Positions 1 through 9,800 of a stretch of 64,000 nucleotides of DNA are shown here, one piece after another; position 1 is the first letter of the stretch, and every line of letters begins with the position of its first letter. The stretch lies in contig JAWLHY010000004.1 in NCBI GenBank assembly GCA_041690135.1, positions 256,001-320,000 of the forward strand, given 5' to 3'. Below the pieces are notes generated by a model. The model saw only the letters and a program-made list of their open reading frames with translations, was not told where the DNA came from and searched no databases. The position numbers and the translations under genes are program-made. Origin of the DNA: Armatimonadota bacterium. Lineage in GTDB: Bacteria; Armatimonadota; SYMT01.

Positions 1-570
1 CAGTCGCGCCGCAAGCCGCAGACGTTGGTGCTGCAATTCATCGGCAAGAAACTGGACGGTACAGTCGGCGAAGAGGCGATCTTCTCCGATCAACACATCC
101 AGATCAACAAGCCGTACTACGTAGCCGCCGCCGTGGAACTGGCGCGCAACGGCAAGCCCGGCACGATCACGTTCTACGCAAAAGACCTCTCCAACGACGA
201 TGAGCCGCTGCTCGTCGCGCGGGTGCCGCACCGGATCGTGGGAGGATTCGGAAACAGCCTGCCGCTCACCCTGGGCGGGCGCGACGGCCGGAACGATGGG
301 CTCTTCGACGGCCTGGTGGACGATGTCCGCCTCTCCAGCGGCGCCCTGGGTGCCGGAGAGCTGCTCTTCACGCGGGAAGGATCGCACCCCCGAACCATCG
401 GATACTGGCAGTTCGAGGCGAAGCCGGACGTCTTCCACGACACCTCGGGACACGGCCTGAACATCCAGCCCGCTTCCGCCCGGAACAAGAGCGTCGATCC
501 CCGCCGCGGGGCCCTGGCGGACTTCTGCCAGGCGTTGCTCAACTCCAATGAATTCCTCTATGTAGACTGA
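1..570 (+). CDS. C-terminal part of a DUF1553/DUF1549-type protein with a LamG-like domain (5' truncated)
   Basis: Frame open from base 1; LamG-like FDGLVDDVRLS; C-terminal DFCQALLNSNEFLYVD typical of DUF1553; lies upstream of a DUF1501 gene, the usual partner. Confidence 0.8.
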   Translation, partial: QSRRKPQTLVLQFIGKKLDGTVGEEAIFSDQHIQINKPYYVAAAVELARNGKPGTITFYAKDLSNDDEPLLVARVPHRIVGGFGNSLPLTLGGRDGRNDGLFDGLVDDVRLSSGALGAGELLFTREGSHPRTIGYWQFEAKPDVFHDTSGHGLNIQPASARNKSVDPRRGALADFCQALLNSNEFLYVD

Positions 571-573
571 GGC

Positions 574-662
574 AGCCCCGGAGGGGCGTAAGGACATTAG
601 CCGGGGGTGCTAGCCCCCGGAGCACGGGACGCGCACAGAAGGAGCCCTGGATGGGCGGTAGA
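574..662. repeat. REP-like palindromic intergenic repeat, family A, copy 1
   Basis: AGCCCCGGAGGGGCG..TAGCCGGGGGTGCTAGCCCCCGG..AGCCCTGGATGGGCGGTAGA; homologous copies at 23881 and 31267. Confidence 0.8.
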
Positions 663-761
663 AGGCAACTTCAATGCCCATTGAGCTGCTCTGGGCCGTG
701 GTGGGCTTCACCCGCGTGCATGCAGATTTACGTTTGATCGAAGGACGGAAGTGAGGGTGGG

Positions 762-2234
762 ATGAAACCGGGTACCGGCAAGCAAGTTCCCCATATCGAA
801 TGGACGCAGACGCGGCGCGACTTCCTGATGCGTGCCGGCGGCGGTTTCGGCGCCCTCGCCCTCGCCTCCCTCCTGGGCGAAGAGGCCCATGCGGCGGGAC
901 ATCCGACGTCCGATGCCCAACGCCTGGCGCCCAACGCCCAACGCCTGGTCCCCCACTTCCCCGCCACCGCCAAGAGCGTCATCTTCCTCTTCATGGAGGG
1001 TGGCCCGAGCCACATCGACACCTTCGACCCGAAGCCGCTGCTGAACAAGCTGGCCGGTAAGCCGCTGCCGGAGAGCTTCGGGACGGTCATCACCGCCATG
1101 GGGGAGTCTCGCTCGCCTTTGCTGGAGTCCAAACGGACCTGGAAGCAGTACGGGCAAAGCGGGATCTGGGTCTCCGACTGGCTTCCCCATACCGCCGAGT
1201 GCGTGGACGATATCGCGGTGATCCGCTCCTGCTGGGCGGACGGGATCAACCACTCCTCCGGGGTCTGCCAGATGAACACCGGCTCTATCCTGGGAGGGAG
1301 GCCCTCCCTGGGAAGTTGGGTCAGCTACGGGCTCGGGACTGAGAACCGCAACCTGCCGGCCTACGTGGTGATGCAGGACAACACCTCGTCGGTCGTCAAC
1401 GGTCCCCGCAACTGGAGCGCCGGGTTCATGCCCGCGGCCTACCAGGGCATCCGGATCCAGGGCGGCACCGAACCGATCCCCAACCTGAACACGCCGGAAG
1501 GCGTGGCCGAGGCCCAACAGCGCGGCAAGCTCAACTTCCTGAACCGGCTGAACCGCGGCTACGCCGCGGAACACCCGGAGCAGTCCGAGCTCGAGGCGCG
1601 CATCGCCAGTTATGAGCTCGCCTTCCGCATGCAGGCCGAAGCGCCCGAGGCGGTGGACCTCTCCCGTGAGAGCGAGGCCACCCAGCAACTCTACGGCATG
1701 GACGATAAGGAGACCGCGACTTACGGCCGTCTCTGCCTGCTCTCCCGCCGGCTGGTGGAGCGCGGGGTGCGGTTCGTCCAACTCTATCACGGCGCCGGCA
1801 GCAAATGGGACGCGCACAGCGGCATCGAGAAGAACCACGCGGGCCTCTGCCGCGCCATGGACAAGCCGGTGGCGGGCCTGCTCAAGGATCTGAAGCAGCG
1901 CGGCCTGCTGGACGAAACACTGGTGATCTGGGGCGGAGAGTTCGGCCGGACCCCCATGTCCGAAAAGGGCGACGGCCGCGATCATAACCCCACCGGGTTC
2001 ACTATGTGGATGGCGGGCGGCGGCATCAAGGGCGGCCAGGTGATCGGCGAAACCGACGAGTTGGGCCTCCACGCCGTGACCGACCGGATGCACGTCCACG
2101 ATCTGCACGCCACGATCCTTTACCTGCTCGGCATCGACAACATGGGCCTCGTCTACCAATACAAGGGCCGCCCCGAGCGCCCCACCCTGAACGAAGGCGC
2201 CCCCTACCGGGCCATCACCGGCCGCCACGCCTGA
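762..2234 (+). CDS. DUF1501 domain protein with Tat-like leader
   Basis: TRRDFL leader, AKSVIFLFMEGGPSHIDTFDPKP, GEFGRTP, GRDHNP, HVHDLHATIL. Confidence 0.92.
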   Translation: MKPGTGKQVPHIEWTQTRRDFLMRAGGGFGALALASLLGEEAHAAGHPTSDAQRLAPNAQRLVPHFPATAKSVIFLFMEGGPSHIDTFDPKPLLNKLAGKPLPESFGTVITAMGESRSPLLESKRTWKQYGQSGIWVSDWLPHTAECVDDIAVIRSCWADGINHSSGVCQMNTGSILGGRPSLGSWVSYGLGTENRNLPAYVVMQDNTSSVVNGPRNWSAGFMPAAYQGIRIQGGTEPIPNLNTPEGVAEAQQRGKLNFLNRLNRGYAAEHPEQSELEARIASYELAFRMQAEAPEAVDLSRESEATQQLYGMDDKETATYGRLCLLSRRLVERGVRFVQLYHGAGSKWDAHSGIEKNHAGLCRAMDKPVAGLLKDLKQRGLLDETLVIWGGEFGRTPMSEKGDGRDHNPTGFTMWMAGGGIKGGQVIGETDELGLHAVTDRMHVHDLHATILYLLGIDNMGLVYQYKGRPERPTLNEGAPYRAITGRHA

Positions 2235-2750
2235 TTCTTCACCACGGAGCCCACAGAGAACACGGAGTTTTTGGCGAGTTGAGGCTGGCGCCTCGAGGTC
2301 GTAGTGTGTCCGGAAGGTAGCAGAGGGGCTTGTCCCCGTTGGTCACGGAACACGCAAATGTTTAGCGTATCGACACCTGGTCACGGAAGTCCCGGTGCTG
2401 GACGCGGCGTTCGTGATGACTGTGAACCGTACAGCTACCCTGTCACATTCGGCCCCGTCCGGCCCACGGCACTTGCGCTCCACGCATAGGTCCGCTTACA
2501 CCCGGGGCGCATGCAGGGACTAACTCGCCAAGCCGCGAAAACATCCCTGTTGGGTGGGCTTTGGTGAACTTGCGTTGCACTCCCTAGCTTCCAGGTTTGG
2601 GTGGAGCCTGAAGCCGCACTTCTTCCGTGCCTCTTCCCATTCCCTTTCCGCGTTATTCCGCGTGTTCCCATACGGGCAAGCTCGCGGGCAACCTCACCCT
2701 TTTCCCGAAAACCTTTCGGTGGGCTTCAGGCCCGTGTAGCAGGAGATCTC

Positions 2751-4121
2751 GTGATGCTGCGTAGTCGTCTCCTCGTACTGCCCTTGCTGGGGGCGGCTCT
2801 GATTACGGGGGTTTCCCTCTCGGCGCAAGCACAGGCAGCCGCCGCGAAGCCCAATATCGTCCTCATCATGGCGGACGACCTGGGCTACGAGTGCCTGGGC
2901 GTGAACGGCAGTGCCGACTACCACACGCCGCATCTCGACCGCCTCGCCCAATCCGGCGCCCGTTTCACGCACTACTACACGACGCCGCTCTGCACCCCCA
3001 CCCGCGTGCAACTCATGACGGGGCGCTATAACTTCCGCAGCTACCAGCAGTTCGGGATCCTGCCCCAGGGAGAGAAGACCTTCGCCCACATGCTCAAAGC
3101 CGCGGGGTACGCCACCGGGGTCGCCGGGAAGTGGCAGTTGGATGCCAGCGGGGGCCAGACCCCCGAGCAGGCCGGCTTCGACGAATATTGCCTCTGGAAC
3201 ATCAGCCTCGATGGGCAAACCACCGCGCGCATCCGCTATGCCGATCCCAGCCTCCTCTACCTGGACCGCGAGACCCGCAAGCCGACCCTGAAGCAGTTCC
3301 AGGGCGACTACGGCCCGGATGTCTGCGACCGCTATCTCGACCCCTTCCTCGAGCGGTGCGCGCGGGAGAAGAAGCCGTTCCTGGCCTACTATCCGCTCAT
3401 GCTCACCCACGACCCGTTCCAGCCCACCCCGCACAGCCCGGAGTGGAAGGACGGCAACCGCCTGATGAAGCGGCCGAAGTTCTTCAAGGACATGGTCGAG
3501 TACATGGACCACCAGGTCGGCCGCATCGTGGAGCGTCTCGAGAAGCTCGGCATCCGCGACAACACGCTCGTGATCTTCACGTCCGACAACGGCACGCATA
3601 AGAGCCTGTCGTCACGTCTCAAGGACGGCCGCGTGATCCCGGGTGGCAAGGGCGTTCTCACCGATGCGGGCACCCACGAACCCCTGATCGTGAACTGGCC
3701 CGGAAAGATCGCCCCCGGGCAGGTGCGGGACGAGTTGGCGGATTCGTCCGACATGCTGCCGACGTTGGCGGAGGTGGCCGGCGCTCCCCTACCGAAACCG
3801 CCGGGCGATGGAGTAATCGACGGCCGCAGCTTCCTGTCCCTCAAGCCGAGCCGGGCAAAGCAGCCGCGCGAGTGGGTATTGATCGACTACCGCGCGGGAC
3901 AGCGCGGGCCGGGCCGGAACGACGGTCGCTTTGCCCGCGACCGCCGCTGGAAGCTCTACGGCTTCGGCCACCAGGGGGAGCCCAGGTTCCGCAGCGGCCA
4001 ACTCTTCGATCTCCGGAACGATCCCGAAGAGCAGACCCCCGTCACCGCCACGGAAGGCGAGGCCGCCCAGGCCCGCGCCCGCCTCCAGAAAGTGCTGGAC
4101 ACCATGCGCCCCAAAGGATAG
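2751..4121 (+). CDS. Secreted sulfatase (arylsulfatase A-like)
   Basis: AGGAG before GTG/ATG at 2751/2754; signal peptide; PNIVLIMADDLG, LCTPTR (CxPxR), GKWQL, FTSDNG. Confidence 0.9.
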   Translation: MMLRSRLLVLPLLGAALITGVSLSAQAQAAAAKPNIVLIMADDLGYECLGVNGSADYHTPHLDRLAQSGARFTHYYTTPLCTPTRVQLMTGRYNFRSYQQFGILPQGEKTFAHMLKAAGYATGVAGKWQLDASGGQTPEQAGFDEYCLWNISLDGQTTARIRYADPSLLYLDRETRKPTLKQFQGDYGPDVCDRYLDPFLERCAREKKPFLAYYPLMLTHDPFQPTPHSPEWKDGNRLMKRPKFFKDMVEYMDHQVGRIVERLEKLGIRDNTLVIFTSDNGTHKSLSSRLKDGRVIPGGKGVLTDAGTHEPLIVNWPGKIAPGQVRDELADSSDMLPTLAEVAGAPLPKPPGDGVIDGRSFLSLKPSRAKQPREWVLIDYRAGQRGPGRNDGRFARDRRWKLYGFGHQGEPRFRSGQLFDLRNDPEEQTPVTATEGEAAQARARLQKVLDTMRPKG

Positions 4122-4310
4122 CGGTAGAAGGGAAGACTGTGGGGTACGGGAGGTAACCTCTGACCCCGTACCTGTCGATGTAGGTTTACGCCCCGCGGGG
4201 GTGGCAGGCTCTCAGATGTCTGCCTCGTCCTGGGCTCGCACCCGTCGTGCCGAGTGAGACTCCGCGCCACCGCCGGAATGCAAGCCCGCACCTCAAATGC
4301 CTACAGTCAT

Positions 4311-4907
4311 TCAACACCGGTGGTCCGGAGAACCCGCGGCCTCGGTTGCCCGCTCCAGGAGGTCTCGGATTTCCAGGATGTCCGCCCAGCGGCGGAGATA
4401 CTCAAATTCCAGCGTGCCACCCTGGACCTTGAGCACTCCCAGTACATCCCGCCACTGGCGATCGGAGATGCCGCCACCGTCACGGTACCACTCGAGCTTG
4501 CGCAATATAGCGTCTTCAGGGCTCGCCACGTTCACACCGGACGCGGGATCTGTCGGGTCGAGGAGCACCCGACGGCTCCGGCTTAATTCCTGCTGAAACC
4601 GGAAATCCTCGCGAGGGAGAAAGATATCCGCCTTGTCCATCGAACCCAGGTGGATCACGTTGAAGGACGTGTGGTGCTCCCGGGCGGATCGGATCATCTC
4701 ATCATCCACGTAGAACTCCTCCCGGAGCGCCTCCACGAACGGCAGAATCTGATCTTCCCGAAAGGATGCGGAAAAGTCGATATCCTGGGTGGTCCGCAGC
4801 TCACCGTGAATAGACGTGGCAACGGAGCCGCCGACCAGGTACGGGATGCCCAGCCGATCGAACGTGAGCCCTAGCACGCGCGCCAGAACGAGCGGATCGG
4901 TGAACAC
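4311..4907 (-). CDS. Nucleotidyltransferase-fold protein (DUF6036-like), putative toxin/enzyme of a two-gene module
   Basis: YLVGGSVATSIHGELRTTQDIDF (GS..DxD motif), SPEDAILRKLEW, QWRDV; GTG at 4907 overlaps the upstream TAG. Confidence 0.75.
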   Translation of the reverse strand: MFTDPLVLARVLGLTFDRLGIPYLVGGSVATSIHGELRTTQDIDFSASFREDQILPFVEALREEFYVDDEMIRSAREHHTSFNVIHLGSMDKADIFLPREDFRFQQELSRSRRVLLDPTDPASGVNVASPEDAILRKLEWYRDGGGISDRQWRDVLGVLKVQGGTLEFEYLRRWADILEIRDLLERATEAAGSPDHRC

Positions 4908-5173
4908 TAATAACCTTCCACATCCGGATCCCAGCCAAAGGCACGACGCATCAACTCCGGCTCCAGCCGGCGGGAGGCCAGGCGCATCTTCAGCTCCCAC
5001 TCTCCCGCTTCCGGGTGGCGGCGCCGGATTTCCGCGAGCTGCAGTTCCTGAAGCCGCCGGGTCATCGCCGCCATCCGCGCGAACTTCTCGGCGGGCGTCA
5101 TCTTCCGCCACGCTTCGATCTGCATCCGCTCCACTTCGGGGGACGTATCTCGGGACTGCGTCTCGTACGGCAT
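4907..5173 (-). CDS. Small helical partner protein (putative antitoxin)
   Basis: 88 aa, DTSPEVERMQIEAWRKMTPAEKF; stop overlaps the NTase start (TAGTG). Confidence 0.7.
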   Translation of the reverse strand: MPYETQSRDTSPEVERMQIEAWRKMTPAEKFARMAAMTRRLQELQLAEIRRRHPEAGEWELKMRLASRRLEPELMRRAFGWDPDVEGY

Positions 5174-5288
5174 CCAGGTTTCCTCGCTTCCACTTCCTGA
5201 GATGTGATACACCGAAGCCGACCCCCACGCCACTCATCAGAGTTCCCACCCTACCACGGATTGCTGAATCGCGTTACCTGCAAAGACC

Positions 5289-6398
5289 ATGAAGATCACC
5301 GGGTTCGATATCCATCGCGTGCACGTCAACCACCGCGGCGGTTGGCTGTTCATCGAGGTCTACACCGACACCGGCCTCACCGGCACCGGCGAGGCGAGCC
5401 ACAGCGGGAACGATGCTCTCTGCGCCGTAGCGCTCCGGCAGATGGCCGAGTCTCTCGTGGGCGAGGACCCGCGCCAGATCGAGGCCCACTGGCTGCGGTG
5501 GTCGCGGCAGATCTCCGGTCTCGTGCAGGGGACGGCGCTCAGCGCGCTGGAGCAGGCACTCTGGGATATCCTGGGCCAGTCCCTCGGCGCGCCGGTCTAC
5601 CAGCTTCTCGGGGGCGCGGTCCGCGACCGGATCCCCCTGTATGCCAACATCAACCGGGGCGCGCAAGACCGCTCTCCCGAGTTCTTCGCCGGTCGTGCGC
5701 GGGGCGCCGTGGCCGAGGGTTTCCAGGCCGTCAAGCTGGCGCCATTCGACGAGGTCCACCACACCCGGATGGACGGCCGCACCCTCCGCCGCGCGGCGGA
5801 ACCGGGACTGGCCCGCGTCGCCGCCGTGCGGGAGGCGGTAGGTCCCGAAGTGGAAGTCCTGGTGGACTGCCACAGCCGCTTCGATCCGGCGACGGCGGTC
5901 CAGGTGGCGGCGGAGTTGGAGGCGCTGGGGGTGTTCTGGTTCGAGGAGGCGGTCTCCCGCCACCCGGTGGAGCTCCTGCGGGAGGTTCGGTCCGCGGTCA
6001 ACCTGCCCATTGCGGCGGGCGAGGAGTTCTTCGGCCGCTCCGAGTTTTACGAGCTACTGGCGAGCCACGCCTGCGACTACGTGATGCCCGACGTGAAGCA
6101 CTGCGGCGGCATCGCCGAGCTCCGGCGCATTGCCGCCCTGGCGGAAACGCAAGGGATTACCGTCACGCCGCACAACCCCGCCGGTCCCGTCTCCACGGCG
6201 GCCAGCGTGCACCTCTGCGCCGTGATCCCGAACTTCTTCCGGCTGGAGTACCAGTGGGGAGAAGTCGACTGGCGTGCCGACCTGCTCGAGCCCGCCGAGC
6301 GGATCATCGACGGGTCCATGGCCCTACCGGAGCAGCCCGGCCTCGGCATCCGGCTCAACTCCGAGGTGCTGGCGGCGCACGCCACACCTCTCGAATAG
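5289..6398 (+). CDS. Mandelate racemase/enolase superfamily, galactonate dehydratase-like
   Basis: ALWDILGQSLGAPVYQLLGG, DCHSRF, WFEE, AAGEE, PHNPAGP. Confidence 0.88.
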   Translation: MKITGFDIHRVHVNHRGGWLFIEVYTDTGLTGTGEASHSGNDALCAVALRQMAESLVGEDPRQIEAHWLRWSRQISGLVQGTALSALEQALWDILGQSLGAPVYQLLGGAVRDRIPLYANINRGAQDRSPEFFAGRARGAVAEGFQAVKLAPFDEVHHTRMDGRTLRRAAEPGLARVAAVREAVGPEVEVLVDCHSRFDPATAVQVAAELEALGVFWFEEAVSRHPVELLREVRSAVNLPIAAGEEFFGRSEFYELLASHACDYVMPDVKHCGGIAELRRIAALAETQGITVTPHNPAGPVSTAASVHLCAVIPNFFRLEYQWGEVDWRADLLEPAERIIDGSMALPEQPGLGIRLNSEVLAAHATPLE

Positions 6399-6409
6399 AA
6401 ACTTCTCCG

Positions 6410-8824
6410 CTACCGAACCCGGAACTCCGCCAGGCCCTGGGAATTGAAGGGAACGGCCAGCGTCACCAGGCGGGACTGCTTGTCGAAGGCCGCCACTTCG
6501 GCGCCGGTAACGCGGCCCGGCTTTCCGCCGCTCGGCAGGTAGACGTAGACCATCGCCCGCGAGTCCGGTACGCCCGCCATGGTGCAGTGGAGCCCGTCGT
6601 CCATCCGGCTCTTCACGATGCGCCAGGCGGTGGGGTCGTGCCAGATCACCTCCGTGTCGTCCGGCTGGCGCATCACCCGGATGATCTGCGGGCCCTGGTC
6701 GATCCGGATCCGGGGGACTATGAGGTTGCCGTCTTTCTCCTCCACGCGCTGGATCGTGCGGGTCAGCGTGTTGAAGAGGATGACCTTGTCTTCCATCCAG
6801 TTGTAGAACTGGGCGTTGATGGTCACCGGCTGCGGCTCGATATACGGAGCATTCTTGACCGCCACCAGGAGCAGATCGTTCTTCCGCTCGTAAACCACCG
6901 GGGTAATCTGCTGGAGATCGGCCGTGAAGCGGGTCTTCCACTCCGGATCGTTCGGGTGGATCAGCGTGGAGTGCTCGATGTCGTAGATGGAGAGCGGCGC
7001 GAAGTAGTCGCGAACCCACTTCTGCTGCTCGGCGGTCGCGCCCTTACCGAATGCCACCAGGCCGCAGCGCGCCAGCGCCAGCTCAATGGTGTGGAGATCG
7101 GTAACCGGGCCGGTGCGCGGGCCGTCGAAGTTCCAGATCACCGGCGTGCCGCGCAGGAAGGGACTGAAGACGGTCGCCAGGTCCGCCTTCGAGGGCAGGC
7201 CCGTCACGCCCGGCGAGCTGAAATCGGCCATCGCCGTGCTGTTGTTGAAGCCGCGCTCCATCCCCACGGAGAGGCGCGCCCGCCCGCCGTGGTCCGCCAG
7301 CAGCTCCTTCACGCGCTCCACGAACAGGTGCTGTCCCAGCGTGCTGGCCGTCCCCTGCGCTGAACAACCGTGCCGCGGGTTGGAGCAGATACCGGGAGCG
7401 AAGTCTTCCAGGTGGACCATTCCCGTCGGAATCAGGCCGGCGTAGCCGCGGATGCAGTCGTAGAGGAAGTCGCGCGCCCGCTGCGAGTTGAGCGAGAGCT
7501 CCACCGGCCCACCTGCCGTGTGGGGCCAGTCCGCACGGCGGATCCCGTCCGGGGCGTAGGCCGGGTTCCCCTTGCTTCGCCATGGGTCCTGAAGCAGGTC
7601 CTCGCGCACCTGCTCCGGCGTGTACCAGATCGACCGGCTGTTCAGGCGGTGCCACATCGGCTCGATCGGCTGGGTGAAGACCGGCAGGAAGCTGCGCGGC
7701 CCCACGGATCGGATCAGCTCCATCCCGTGCCGGTTCGCCAGCGCCGCCCAGTGGGCGTTCTGTTCGAAGGTGGAGCCACCGGCCAGCGCCTCCCACCCGG
7801 CGGCGGCGGTCACTCCCTGCGCGGCGGGCACCCGGGGGTCGGGCTTGCTTCCAGCCGGAGTCACCGCCTCGAAGCTGGGCGCGGGCAGGGCATAACGCGG
7901 TTGGAACCGACGCCACGGCAGGAACGAGAAGCCGTATTCAAAGGCCACGCGCTCCTTGAGCTCCACTTCCTCGCCGGGGACGGCGCGGATCCACACCATG
8001 TCCAGGGTCCGGCTGTTCTCCCGCCCTTCGGCCACGGTGAGGTAGTGCCGCGAGTCGGGCGCCTGGACCGCCGGGGCGATGGAGCTGTTCTTGAAGTCCA
8101 GACCATTCAGCTCGAAACCGACCACGCCGTCGGTGCAGAGGGCGAACGGCAGCGGGCCGGCCGTGATCACGCTGCCCGTCGCGCGGGGCGACGCGATCGT
8201 CCGCGCGCCCCCCTGCGGGGAGGCCACCTGGAGGATCGGCAGCAACCCGGCGCTCTGCGGGCCCAGGTTGTGATCCATCGAAAACTCACGAATCCGGGCG
8301 CCCGTCGTCGGCTCCAGCGCCACCCGGAGCTGGGTGAAGCCGGTCGCCTTGTGGATGTCGTAGGTCAGGTGCATCCGCACCGGCGCCACGCCGGAGGGGC
8401 CGCGCGGGGTGCACACCCCATCCACGTGCAGATACTTGTCGTCGCGGGTGGTGTGGATGCGCAGCCTCCCGTCGATCGCGTCGGCCTGGCGGTAGACCTT
8501 GCCGTTGCCGTCGATCACCATCGCATCCGGGACGGAGCGGATCGGCAGGGTGCGTCCCAGCAGAGTGGCGGCGGTGATCGAAGCGGTTTTCGCGGAGAAG
8601 AGCAGCTTCGCCCGGTCGCTCTCCACGACCCAGTCTTCCTGCTGCCGGGACACCCGCGGCAATTCCTCGCCCTTCTTCGCCTTCTTTTTCTCTTCCGGGT
8701 AGCGCAGCGCCAGCACGGGATCCGGAGCCGGACCTGTCTTCGCTTTGCGCGCGGGCTTCGCGGCCTGGGCCGAACACGCCACTCCCATCGCCACCAGCAC
8801 CCCGCCCAATCGCTGCCACTTCAT
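6410..8824 (-). CDS. Large secreted hypothetical protein, possibly glycoside-hydrolase-like
   Basis: Signal peptide MKWQRLGGVLVAMGVACSAQA; ~800-aa uninterrupted ORF; no family recognised with confidence. Confidence 0.65.
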   Translation of the reverse strand: MKWQRLGGVLVAMGVACSAQAAKPARKAKTGPAPDPVLALRYPEEKKKAKKGEELPRVSRQQEDWVVESDRAKLLFSAKTASITAATLLGRTLPIRSVPDAMVIDGNGKVYRQADAIDGRLRIHTTRDDKYLHVDGVCTPRGPSGVAPVRMHLTYDIHKATGFTQLRVALEPTTGARIREFSMDHNLGPQSAGLLPILQVASPQGGARTIASPRATGSVITAGPLPFALCTDGVVGFELNGLDFKNSSIAPAVQAPDSRHYLTVAEGRENSRTLDMVWIRAVPGEEVELKERVAFEYGFSFLPWRRFQPRYALPAPSFEAVTPAGSKPDPRVPAAQGVTAAAGWEALAGGSTFEQNAHWAALANRHGMELIRSVGPRSFLPVFTQPIEPMWHRLNSRSIWYTPEQVREDLLQDPWRSKGNPAYAPDGIRRADWPHTAGGPVELSLNSQRARDFLYDCIRGYAGLIPTGMVHLEDFAPGICSNPRHGCSAQGTASTLGQHLFVERVKELLADHGGRARLSVGMERGFNNSTAMADFSSPGVTGLPSKADLATVFSPFLRGTPVIWNFDGPRTGPVTDLHTIELALARCGLVAFGKGATAEQQKWVRDYFAPLSIYDIEHSTLIHPNDPEWKTRFTADLQQITPVVYERKNDLLLVAVKNAPYIEPQPVTINAQFYNWMEDKVILFNTLTRTIQRVEEKDGNLIVPRIRIDQGPQIIRVMRQPDDTEVIWHDPTAWRIVKSRMDDGLHCTMAGVPDSRAMVYVYLPSGGKPGRVTGAEVAAFDKQSRLVTLAVPFNSQGLAEFRVR

Positions 8825-8961
8825 CACGCGTCTACCCCTTACTGCTCCTCGCACGGGAACCGCCTGCCCGGTTCCTGGGGCCAGTTTCGCCCGAGCGCGT
8901 GGCGAACCCTCTTCTTCAGGTGCCTCCGCCCGCGGTTCCATGCATTCAAATGCCGTTAATC

Positions 8962-9057
8962 CCGAGGCGTTAGAACCGCCTCGCTGACCCTGCGTCCTCA
9001 CGGACGCCCGGTATCCCGTACCCGTAAGGCGCATCCCAGCGTCCAGAGGACGCACCC
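8962..9057. repeat. Composite palindromic repeat, family B, copy 1
   Basis: CGAGGCG-TTAGAAC-CGCCTCG hairpin, GCGTCCTCACGGACGC, CCGTACCCGTA, GCGTCCAGAGGACGC; recurs at 9519 and ~9618. Confidence 0.85.
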
Positions 9058-9170
9058 AGCGCCCCCTCTGGGCCGGAAAGCGTAGGACAGCCAGGTGCGG
9101 GGGCGATAAGATCGAGGGTGCGTCAAAGGCCGGGGCGCTGGAGTTCAGCGCCCGTACATGAGGAGCCCCT

Positions 9171-9503
9171 ATGTTTATCGCGAATCGCTCCAGCCTGACC
9201 GTTCGTCCCGAGCAGCCCTATATCGACTGGGCGAACAGCTTCCCCGACGGTCTCGGATGGATCGAGGGAGAGAGTACGGCCTATCTCACCCCCGAGTTCC
9301 TCGATGAAGCCGCGGAGCAAGCGTGGCTGCGGGAGAATTACTCGTTGATCTTCGAGCACGAGCTCTCCGCATGGGACGCCGACGAGTCTACCTGGCCGAA
9401 GGAGCGGGATTGGGAGACCTTCCGCGCCTGGTTCCGGCTGGAACATCAGCCGCTGGTCTACGACCTGGGGGACACGCCTCTCGAGACGGAAGAGGATCTG
9501 TAA
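9171..9503 (+). CDS. Conserved acidic hypothetical protein
   Basis: GAGGAG RBS; NRSSLTVRPEQPYIDWAN..IFEHELSAW..WPKERDWETFRAWF resembles a widespread uncharacterised family. Confidence 0.8.
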   Translation: MFIANRSSLTVRPEQPYIDWANSFPDGLGWIEGESTAYLTPEFLDEAAEQAWLRENYSLIFEHELSAWDADESTWPKERDWETFRAWFRLEHQPLVYDLGDTPLETEEDL

Positions 9504-9518
9504 GAGGGTGCGTCTTCA

Positions 9519-9747
9519 CCGAGGCGTTGGAAACGCCTCGCTGCCCCCGCGTCCTCACGGACGCCCCGCAAACCGTACCCGTACGGATCATCCACCCGTC
9601 CGGAGGACGCCCCCCAGCGAGGGATTGGAAATCCCTCGCTGGGCTCGCCGATCTGGCGTCCTCACGGACGCCAGGGTAAACCGTACCCGTACGGATGATC
9701 CTAGCGTCCGGAGGACGCTCCGCACGAGGGATCTCGGATCCCTCTGG
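9519..9747. repeat. Composite palindromic repeat, family B, copies 2 and 3
   Basis: Two tandem units with the same module order as 8962-9057. Confidence 0.85.
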
Positions 9748-9800
9748 ACAAGTACTAGACTACGGTCATACACACCGCATTTGCCCGCGGCTCCCCAGCG

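Noticed and set aside
5204-7363. 719-aa plus-strand ORF and similar long ORFs (708-2228, 7370-8959, 11403-13034, 27410-29947, 33645-35474, 44550-46544, 49565-51334, 58907-60988)
   Set aside because: Shadow or antisense frames of well-supported genes, expected in high-GC DNA, with no recognisable motifs
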